From the IMG/VR virus record IMGVR_UViG_3300034815_000029: 20,000 bases of DNA. One strand, 5' to 3'. The stretch comes from an uncultured virus (IMG/VR IMGVR_UViG_3300034815_000029) (taxonomy: Duplodnaviria > Heunggongvirae > Uroviricota > Caudoviricetes). Shown here one piece after another: positions 9,001-13,264 of the stretch. Made by a program: the position numbers and the translations under genes. The notes under the pieces were generated by a model, which saw only the letters and a list, made by a program, of their open reading frames with translations, did no database searches and was not told the origin of the DNA. Every line of letters begins with the position of its first letter. Within the stretch, counting starts at the first letter, position 1.

Positions 9001-10323
9001 GCTCCGATCTTTGGTGGATTCTGTTGCCGCACCACCAATGACGGCAGACCCGCCGCCCGCGATTGCGCCGATCAGCGCGGCCTCTCCGGCCCCTTCCATG
9101 AGCGGCCTGCCGGTCAGGTAGTTCTGAATCATCTGCTGCGGCAATTCCTGCCAGGGGCCTTCTGATAATGCGCCGACGGCCCCCTTCTTGACGGCGTTGT
9201 CGAAAACGAACTTCCCGGCGTCATCAAACATCTTCAGGTCATTGAACAGGCCGATTTTGTTGGTGACGCCCAGCACGACCATGTTCGCCATGAAGCCTTT
9301 GTCTGCTTCGGCCATGGCCTGCTCATCGGTATAGCCTTTGCGCTTTAGTTCCTTGAAAACGCCATCGGCCTCTGCTGCCGCCTCAATTGCCGACATTGTT
9401 CCGGCACCAGCCCATTTCGCCATCACCGGAGAAACGATAGATAGCGCACTGGCTCCCTTCATTACGCCGATGCCGGGAACGTAAAACGACGCCATCGATC
9501 CGACAGCGTTTACCAGCTTGTCTGTGAAATTCCCCTCTGCCGGTTGCTTCCCTTGCGCCCATGCGTCCATGCTGTCGCCGATATCGGACAGCGATTGCGC
9601 GTTGGTTTTTTTGCCTAGGTAGGACAGCGATGCGCCCGTAGAGCCGACAACACCACCGGTAAAGTCGTTCCAGTATCTTTCGACGCCACGCTGCGCCTCG
9701 AAATCCAGTTTTGAATTTTGAGCAATACCCGGCATGTCCACGGCGCTCCCCATGGCCACATCGGACCGCGCCTTGTTGTCTGCTGCTTCCGGCGTCATCC
9801 CGCCTGTCGTGATCAGGTTGCGACGGCGATCTTCAACACGGGCAGACATCCCATCGAGGGCTGGAAGCTCTGCCGCCATGGCATCCTGCTTCTGCCATGC
9901 CGCTACCTGCGGCGCGGCGACCTGGCCCACATAATCAGGACGGCCCGCGATTTCTGCGCGCTTTTCTGGTGTGGCCGCTTCAAGGGTATGGGTGATACCA
10001 AGACGGGCTTCAGGTCGAACCGGGGCGCCAGCTGGGTAGGCGTTGCCTTTCTCTGCGGGCTTGCCGTGCATTACCGAGCCGGGAAGATTGATTGTTTCTG
10101 ATTTTGCTTCTGCGGGTTGGTCAGACAGGCCGACTGCATCCTTGAGATTGTCTATCGTGCCGCTTGCCGCTAGCTTGGCTGCAGATCCTACCTTGGACAG
10201 CAGGCTCTGCTTCGGAGCGAATTCTGGATACTCGCTCTGGATCGCGGTTTCGATATCCTTGTCCGCCATGCCATCAGGAAAATCAAGGTTATCGCCATTC
10301 GGCAAGACAATGCGTTGGGCCAT
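1..10323 (-). CDS. Giant DarB-like polyvalent internal virion protein (N6-adenine MTase + SF2/SNF2 helicase), >3441 aa, 3' end outside window
   Basis: Read codon by codon, there is no stop from ATG 10323 (MAQRIVLPNGDNLDFPDGM...) to base 1. GGAG Shine-Dalgarno lies 6 nt upstream. Motifs: VLEPSVGVGNFFG, VVGNPPF, DHVVGAGKT, FIDEMHEFKN, SATGTPVSN, QLVFCD, KMGAGTNVQ, PWRPSDLEQREGRIIR. It is absent from the ORF track, presumably because the stop lies outside the window. Confidence 0.95.
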   Translation of the reverse strand, partial: MAQRIVLPNGDNLDFPDGMADKDIETAIQSEYPEFAPKQSLLSKVGSAAKLAASGTIDNLKDAVGLSDQPAEAKSETINLPGSVMHGKPAEKGNAYPAGAPVRPEARLGITHTLEAATPEKRAEIAGRPDYVGQVAAPQVAAWQKQDAMAAELPALDGMSARVEDRRRNLITTGGMTPEAADNKARSDVAMGSAVDMPGIAQNSKLDFEAQRGVERYWNDFTGGVVGSTGASLSYLGKKTNAQSLSDIGDSMDAWAQGKQPAEGNFTDKLVNAVGSMASFYVPGIGVMKGASALSIVSPVMAKWAGAGTMSAIEAAAEADGVFKELKRKGYTDEQAMAEADKGFMANMVVLGVTNKIGLFNDLKMFDDAGKFVFDNAVKKGAVGALSEGPWQELPQQMIQNYLTGRPLMEGAGEAALIGAIAGGGSAVIGGAATESTKDRSAGAQIGEAIDQEVGNTNFAKRGIDAGVIASMSPNPPQVPAGQIVPERGILTRAANLAARSGVLPQAAPVTTADDALLSDVQGLAYQGEQNGATAEPGDGGLDAGSLPAGSDIAGGTGGNVVPVDGNGIPVADGTGRPGIAGPDAGSAGAGGPVGNGVRDDTVTPAAPLPGGQYLPKAPAPKAAAPVAEVPAGPKVLSIGTMPNNAEPITVKDGAIFIGKYPAQHFETGEDITVKPGASNAQIRDALKAAGAIGRGVKVFGVEKEEPKPKVKAKRIVDNTRDSLITAIGKLGGFHTDSVEANDIRTLLGVTGNMKIQVGSGLPVFLFNKNGKKPDDMAGALHEHGYLDEHDMNDMLDKLYNDKDQGSKYAQHQRGEEPEQEHEGVRHGYDDLTEADQSAVSEVVAADEDMLDDIPFMDIRTANKITSKQFKTIEEEEAAIFGDFNESTDEGTATGTEGGHGEADTRGAESRGEDHPGEAPGESAGVDSPSQEFSLEGQTESQVAAAERKAKAAADKAEREANKATGPSVTSDQVDMFNTQGGFDLRNEPASQQSSKPSTNTIFTEDAAAAARALLKKKLGQVNTGLDPEVMQAGITLAGYHIEKGARTFTAYAKAMIEDLGDAVKPYLKSWFLGVKFDPRAAAFSSEMDSAASVESVDVDSLQADKPAGPLHIFRNEDTGMESHVVTGTNGRFNVVQKDTDSGEFTLEAKIFPTEEAAIAYAKTINPEPKAEDKPKLSAREMGAAAFKAGKLSSPAMDKDYIDAYIKGKSASETIKSADEWSAGWHGANSAANPVDDFTKDTTPSKTDVTETNFGNIEKIVGDKLETNLPEVEHVTKGGAGKTIKGVIAKTLTEKQARTLDPTGTFKKDGGWFIRMRHVVRPEVRGSQTANEPDKDTFVGRNTDGKAIYQDARGVRFYTDSGFRVSESVGIIPGGGIEIRNRKDEYKTVEELAQDGQKPAATNEGTHYAAGKADFKAGKPRVLPSYFTTPSGKNPKDWYRGWDAANIAEHVDSATLKSGPTNGDDHANPIQTESVPAGSASETQADAATGSRDSQPLGAGLAGGREGAGGSGAVSGSPAKPGGTGAGSIEQSGEQSPGAPRDHSGVRPESEPTDDFVIDAEEIGKGGLTKKYRDNIAAIKIIKAMEAESRVATPEERKLIAKYAGWGALKGAFDPANKQWAKQHEELKGLLTDAEFKAARASTLDAHYTSPDVVKAMYSSLERMGFAGGRVLEPSVGVGNFFGLMPAALRNASNLHGVELDSLTSRLVTALYPKAKISHSGFEDFHIPAEYFDVVVGNPPFGSSPIVDSDRSQYSGFSIHNYFLAKAIDKLRPGGIMQVVVSHNFLDAQDNRARKWIAERANLIGVARLPNTAFKENAGTEVVTDIVIFQKKHSGEPASGAAHWVDVADQVNHNPKTGEAVTHKVNKFLIAYPDNILGTVSAAGSMYSANEYTVEASGKLKDQLDAWVKTLPKDIFKTIDRKSDKAIVDMAIPDGIKPGSYYMDASGKIMQRGEDVMGNKTATPWTPPNGKATDRMAGMIGLRDSMRKQMRLERSVDATADEIELNRKRLNNQYDTFLKQFGHVNSQVNRKLFFDDTEAPLMQGLEFDFDKGISKAVADKEDLELREPSATKADIFRQRVAFPPQDFITVTTAKDALLASLNYRGKVDRDYMTEVYHKTADEIIEELGDVVFDDPQSGIVTADEYLSGDVKTKLVEAKAAALDNPKYKRNVEALEPVIPADKKPSEISAAIGAAFVPAEIYEQFIQQISGGTATASYVKATGQWLISYHGGADAALNTGKFGTSHLSAQELFSLSMLGRGAVVKKIIKNGDGSTTTTLLEKETEAAREKQNAIKAEWQKWLWSEPARADRVASIFNDKMNRIVERKFDGGHMTFPGMNPAITLLEHQKNGVWRGLQSYQVLYDHVVGAGKTFEMAALAMEMRRMGIARKPLFAVPNHLTLQWRSEFTRLYPGSNILAATPEDFGKGNRERMFAKIITGDWDAVVIGHSSLKKIGLPEATERAVLQEQLDEITEAIEEMKRGRGDRNIIGDMEKIRKNLEAKMKEKLANIGQRDKMVTFDELGVDAMFIDEMHEFKNLTYHSTMDRNPGMGNPAGSAKAFDLFVKTRWLFDTFGDKTPFISATGTPVSNSLVEMYNMQRYMQYPTMKKEGLHVFDAWAKQFGSVENVYEVSPSGSGYRQSTRFAKFTNLTGLMNMYNTFADTVTLDDLKAQEEAQGKRFPVPKLVGGRPEIVVAKRSPMVAERMGIPRAEEDESGAIKFDLSLNSNALPEIEQVKDTGKWHAKATQINGEGIEYLTDIGQFDTEEDARLKIVERALSPVVTVDPESILGRFGRLRELTRATKGKVNALSLTGEANKLGLDYRLIDPSAPDFAGSKINLAVDKMVKVYHQWDADKGAQLVFCDMSIPLSARATFGASARRLYVRDEYQALEMKRGTLHTLEGHEDLPYFVVQRGEKDTKRFDAYDAVSGGKLFGDMRTKQEARDRANEILANTDQRQTWIENRERLGEISQEQIDEYNNENEVETEGFEFFSREDVAGMSGSSRFSVYDDIKAKLIKQGIPEREIAFIHDYSTPAAKDKLFKAVNKGAIRFLLGSTPKMGAGTNVQERLVGLHHIDAPWRPSDLEQREGRIIRRGNKLYERAAKAGNPDSFEIYIGRYATEQTYDTRRWQILEHKARGIEQLRNFDGTINEIDDIEGEAANSADMKAAASGDPLILDETKLRNDVRRLEQLQAGHADEVVAMARKAKAAQEYADTYGPKNVAELQELLDEIKKHPLNKDGYSPITVNTSKFADKEKAIKEIESVAGLVRSGLRESATIVYRGISFRLSAPHANIMVLDSPTGGVGTWSGSELFSASGFVQRLVNYAGRLPAALEDSKAKIEKSKQDAAAMVEQSKQPFAQSADLEHAREEHKKVQRALMAKGPAVPDEQKAAVAAGIEAQKAKLVKMGYGDALREYSGSNVAKETDQGTALYSRGDNAVRPGD
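780..3330 (-). other. SF2 (SNF2-like) helicase region of the giant protein
   Basis: Walker A GAGKT (~3211-3225), motif II DEMH (2728-2739), motif III ATGTP (~2570-2583), motifs V/VI GAGTNVQ and EQREGRIIRRGN (~1040-1155), and C-terminal MKAAASGDPLILDE (~800-840). Boundaries are approximate. Confidence 0.9.
4690..5620 (-). other. N6-adenine DNA methyltransferase domain of the giant protein
   Basis: AHYTS, SAM-binding LEPSVGVGNF (~5281-5310), GVELD, catalytic NPPF (5101-5112), IHNYFLAKAIDKLRPGG and RLPNTAFKENAGTEVVTDIVIFQK. Boundaries are approximate. Confidence 0.9.
5652..5939 (-). CDS. Nested (+1 frame) 95-aa hypothetical protein inside the giant gene, just upstream of the MTase domain
   Basis: MVTTMQTLYKPSQYPQDLQAKLKRMPQLAVEIANRWALGWPEDVKALVEAGQYLEALQSQEEQEREVL... 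looks like a folded helical protein. AGGA lies 7 nt before ATG 5939 (alternative ATG at 5927). The host frame here is a Gly/Ser/Ala low-complexity linker. Confidence 0.72.
   Translation of the reverse strand: MVTTMQTLYKPSQYPQDLQAKLKRMPQLAVEIANRWALGWPEDVKALVEAGQYLEALQSQEEQEREVLSNPGNNHLARHEIIQEYGLSLSPPTTS
5957..5984 (-). promoter_or_regulatory. Putative internal sigma70 promoter for the nested 5652-5939 ORF
   Basis: TTGCAG (5984-5979), 16-nt spacer, then TACACT (5962-5957) preceded by TGc (extended -10 pattern), a few nt upstream of the nested ORF's SD/ATG. Confidence 0.4.
7494..7670 (-). CDS. Nested (+1 frame) 58-aa basic hypothetical protein inside the giant gene
   Basis: GGAG 6 nt before ATG 7670. 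MKAPMKERLQELKADMAKLTPAARKVAEKIIRAKHLEKAQ... has an amphipathic helical pattern. The host frame is a low-complexity linker (ESTDEGTATGTEGGHGEADTRGAESRGEDHPGE). Confidence 0.55.
   Translation of the reverse strand: MKAPMKERLQELKADMAKLTPAARKVAEKIIRAKHLEKAQESIAHHKSSASKDKPKAR
8514..8732 (-). CDS. Nested (+1 frame) 72-aa highly acidic hypothetical protein inside the giant gene
   Basis: AAGGGGA about 5 nt before ATG 8732. MAQLLNLETEDWMLEAYQQAAISPEELAEMSFLWMAMEF... has 18 D/E, 2 R and 0 K. The host frame is Gly-rich with atypical GGA codons. Confidence 0.65.
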   Translation of the reverse strand: MAQLLNLETEDWMLEAYQQAAISPEELAEMSFLWMAMEFLSLTELDDLELPDRMLEALERVDLLEMECGMTQ

Positions 10324-10333
10324 GCGGGACTCC

Positions 10334-10366
10334 AAAAGAAAATGGCGAGGTATCTACCCCGCCATT
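10334..10366 (-). terminator. Intrinsic terminator-like hairpin directly upstream of the giant gene's RBS
   Basis: RNA AAUGGCGGGGU-AGAU-ACCUCGCCAUU (11-bp stem including one G-U) followed by UUCUUUU and then the GGAG RBS. Confidence 0.6.
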
Positions 10367-10392
10367 CTCCTGTTTAGGCCAGCATTGAAAGC

Positions 10393-11682
10393 CTACTTAT
10401 CGACAAACCCCTTTCCTGGCACGTAGACTCGTGTTCTTGCTGCGGGTTGATCGGTTGGCGCTACAGCCACCCCGCCCTTCGCCTTGGTAGCCGGACGTAC
10501 TACGGTCTTTGTTCCATCCGATGAAAAGCGAGTGATCTCCCCGGTCTGCGGGTCTGCCGTCGTGGTGTTGCCGTACTGGTCGGTCGTCACCTTCTCGTTG
10601 ACCGCCTCGCCCAATTGGGTCGCCATCTTCCAGGCTTCCGCATCGGTCTTGGCGATTCCCCTCTCCTTCAGCCATTCCGCCGTGGCCACATGGGTAGGCT
10701 GCTTGCCGTTAAGCTCGCCGCGCTTGGCGCGTGTCTCAGCAACGCTCAACATGGCGGCGAACCGCTTGTCGTCACGCATGGCATTGGCGGTATTCCTCAT
10801 TTCCTCTCGCGCCATCTTCCCGGCCTCGGTCTTGTCTAGCTGCGCCTGCTTCTGGGTCAATACCCCCATTTCCATATTATGCTTGGTAATCAGCTCGATG
10901 GCTTTTGCTGGCTCCAGGCCTTGTATTGCGCTGCCAGCAATTTCTTTCGCCGTGGCGGTTTTCGCGCCCAACTGATTGCCGGTCTCGTCGTACTGCGTCA
11001 CCGTGAAAGCATCGCCTTCACCTTTAGTGACCTTGACGAATTTCCCGTCCGGCAGACTCTGGTTATATAACTTCTCCAACACCGGCAAAGCGGCCTCATA
11101 GTTTCCAGACTGGACGGCATTGTTCGCCGCCATCCAGGTCTTGCCGTACTGCTGCAACTGGTTGCTCTCGCGCAGTTTCCTTACTGTTTCCGCTGCGGGT
11201 AGGTTGTTGTTCTTGATATGTTGCGCCTCAAGCCCTTGGGAGTATTCGTTCCAGAACATATCCTCCTTGGTGACTTTTGGCCGGTCGATGGTATCGGTGG
11301 CCGCTGAGGCAATCGGTGAGCGCAAATCCTGAGACACGCCAATCTGAGCCGCCATTGAACTGGGATTCGGTCCATAACTCGGCGCGTCAGGATTGGCCGC
11401 CATGGATTGAGGCGCGGAAACTGGCGACTCGGCATCTGGAGTTAAGGTTACGCGGGTCGATGAAGGCGACGGTAGCGCATTCCGCCTATTGGCCTCGGCC
11501 TCGGCATCGCTCATCGCCTTCTCGCTGGCGGCATCTGCGGTATCCTCTTTGGCGTACTTCTTCTGCGCACGCTCGCGCTCGGTGCGCTTCCATTGGATAT
11601 CTTCGTCCTGTGCCTGCATGTCCTTGGCAAATTTGTACCCGGTGCCGGCGCCCCCGATGAAGGCAGCTAGATTGAAAGCCAT
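10393..11682 (-). CDS. Putative internal virion / DNA ejection protein (429 aa)
   Basis: GAGGT RBS; Gly/Ala-rich N-terminus (MAFNLAAFIGGAGTGY) and coiled-coil segments; second of three size-graded genes after the GNAT, the usual position of podovirus ejection proteins. Confidence 0.7.
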   Translation of the reverse strand: MAFNLAAFIGGAGTGYKFAKDMQAQDEDIQWKRTERERAQKKYAKEDTADAASEKAMSDAEAEANRRNALPSPSSTRVTLTPDAESPVSAPQSMAANPDAPSYGPNPSSMAAQIGVSQDLRSPIASAATDTIDRPKVTKEDMFWNEYSQGLEAQHIKNNNLPAAETVRKLRESNQLQQYGKTWMAANNAVQSGNYEAALPVLEKLYNQSLPDGKFVKVTKGEGDAFTVTQYDETGNQLGAKTATAKEIAGSAIQGLEPAKAIELITKHNMEMGVLTQKQAQLDKTEAGKMAREEMRNTANAMRDDKRFAAMLSVAETRAKRGELNGKQPTHVATAEWLKERGIAKTDAEAWKMATQLGEAVNEKVTTDQYGNTTTADPQTGEITRFSSDGTKTVVRPATKAKGGVAVAPTDQPAARTRVYVPGKGFVDK

Positions 11683-11717
11683 ATTATTTTACCTCGCTCA
11701 TTTTTCGCTAGTATTCT

Positions 11718-12587
11718 CTACCTGATCGATCCGCCGATTTTTGATCCGGCAGCAGCGCCGGCTGGTCCGCCAAAATAGAATCCTGCTGCGGTTCCGATTG
11801 CGGAACCAATTCCTGCGCTTGCCTGCCCGGATGCCGCCGTGTTTGCCGCATAGCCGCGCATTTGTGCATCGTACTGGCCAAGATACAGATTCCCGCTTGC
11901 CGTATTCGCGCCGACTGAGGTGTTGAATCCTTGGTTCATCAACCCAGCACTGGCATTTGCCGCGGCACTTCCTGCGCCGACGTTCGCTGTCGCGCTGTTC
12001 CCGGCAGTCAAAGCCAGTCCGGCGCTGGTCGCCTGGCTGCTGGGCAGGTTGCGCCCAAGCCCGGCCGCGTCCATCTTCTTCGCCCAACTGATTTGCTTGG
12101 TAGCGAGCCGCGCCTTGTTCATCGCGTCGGCTTTGCTCGCCGCCTGCTGGTCGCCGGACTGCTGATTGACCGTCGCCCACTTTCCAGAATTCGGGTTGAT
12201 CCCCAGCGAGGCCATGCCGCGCGCCGTGTTCTCGCGCTGCGCATTGAACTGCGTATCCACCCCAGCGCCTGCATCCGTGGCAGCCTGTTCCTGCTCGCCG
12301 GTCGTGTCCTTCATCGCCTCGCCAACAATGGCGCCTTCAACCGGCCGGAAGGTGCCTTTCATGTAGTCGGCGTAGTCCTTGGCCAGCGCGGTCGAACTGT
12401 CCATCGAAGCCAGCGAGGCGTCTGCCGCCTTGATGCTGTATTCATCAGTCAGCGCCTGCCTTGGCTTGTTATCTTCGTAGACTTGCTTGTTGAAGGCTAG
12501 TGCTTCACGTCCGACCTCTGCATTGGCCTGGGCGGCGACTCCGATAGCTGGATCTGGTGCTGGTGCTGATGGGGTTGAGCTGCACAT
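11718..12587 (-). CDS. Putative ejection / DNA pilot protein (289 aa)
   Basis: Start reassigned to ATG 12587 (GAGGT RBS; MCSSTPSAPAPDPAIG). Ala/Gly/Gln/Asn-rich with a hydrophobic Gly-rich C-terminus (GIGSAIGTAAGFYFGGPAGAAAG). Confidence 0.75.
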   Translation of the reverse strand: MCSSTPSAPAPDPAIGVAAQANAEVGREALAFNKQVYEDNKPRQALTDEYSIKAADASLASMDSSTALAKDYADYMKGTFRPVEGAIVGEAMKDTTGEQEQAATDAGAGVDTQFNAQRENTARGMASLGINPNSGKWATVNQQSGDQQAASKADAMNKARLATKQISWAKKMDAAGLGRNLPSSQATSAGLALTAGNSATANVGAGSAAANASAGLMNQGFNTSVGANTASGNLYLGQYDAQMRGYAANTAASGQASAGIGSAIGTAAGFYFGGPAGAAAGSKIGGSIR

Positions 12588-12597
12588 AGTCTTTACC

Positions 12598-13083
12598 TCA
12601 AATAATCTTGCTGTACTGCACTGCGACGGCCTTGAATCCCATGCGCTCCAGTAGCACATTGGCCTTGTTCATGGTCTTGACGCTGACGATCACCTCCTTG
12701 ACGCCAAAGGCTCTCAGTACGCGCTCGATATATTTCTGGAACCGCAACGAGGCAAACCCGCCGCGGATTTCTTTCAGAAAAAACAGCGAATCCTCGGTCG
12801 CCATCGGAAGTTGCGTGTGCATACTTGTAGCCAGGTACATCGAGCAATCCCCTACCAGCCTTCCATCCTTGCGCACCGTGAACAGGATATAGCCGCCGTT
12901 CCGCTCGTAGGCGATCAGGCTTGCGTAGTTCGGGTTGAGTGCGATCCCCTGCATGTGGCCCTCGGTTTCTTCCCAATGCGCCAGGTGCAACGGCTTCAGT
13001 TCTTCAAGTACGGTTTCCATGCGCTCCACGGCGAACACCAGGCCGGAATACTCGGTACTCGGAATCTCGTCGTATGGAATCAT
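12598..13083 (-). CDS. GNAT-fold acetyltransferase-like virion morphogenesis protein (161 aa)
   Basis: GNAT-like motifs FTVRKDGRLVG, LFFLKEIRGG and NKANVLLERMGF. It lies between nozzle and ejection genes, like T7 gp13 / P22 gp14. Confidence 0.75.
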   Translation of the reverse strand: MIPYDEIPSTEYSGLVFAVERMETVLEELKPLHLAHWEETEGHMQGIALNPNYASLIAYERNGGYILFTVRKDGRLVGDCSMYLATSMHTQLPMATEDSLFFLKEIRGGFASLRFQKYIERVLRAFGVKEVIVSVKTMNKANVLLERMGFKAVAVQYSKII

Positions 13084-13084
13084 G

Positions 13085-13264
13085 TCACCCCTGCAAAAGT
13101 TCGATTACCTCGTTCACTTTGGCTACGATATCAGCAAGGGTAGCATTAGCGGCCAATGGCGCGATTTTCACTCCAGCCCGACCGGTAATAATGTCCACGA
13201 TCTGCGCAATCGCCTGGATGTTCTTCTTGGTCGGCTCGCTGCCTGGTATCGCTGGCTTCTTCAT
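13085..13264 (-). CDS. Small virion-region hypothetical protein (59 aa; below ORF-track cutoff)
   Basis: MKKPAIPGSEPTKKNIQAIAQIVDIITGRAGVKIAPLAANATLADIVAKVNEVIELLQG. Its ATG overlaps the upstream stop (TGATG) and it fills the gap to the next gene exactly. Confidence 0.8.
   Translation of the reverse strand: MKKPAIPGSEPTKKNIQAIAQIVDIITGRAGVKIAPLAANATLADIVAKVNEVIELLQG

Noticed and set aside
9600..9615. A-run (GGC AAA AAA ACC on the minus strand) as a possible programmed frameshift site
   Set aside because: It is not a canonical in-frame slippery heptamer, the main frame stays open, and no stimulatory structure was recognised.
10354..10372. AGGAG-a-ATG GCG GGG TAG mini-ORF within the hairpin (possible leader peptide)
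   Set aside because: SD-to-ATG spacing is only 1 nt, too short for normal initiation.
11181..11435. Alternative-frame ORF over the Pro/Ser linker of the 429-aa ejection gene
   Set aside because: Arg/Pro-rich non-protein-like translation with no clear RBS.
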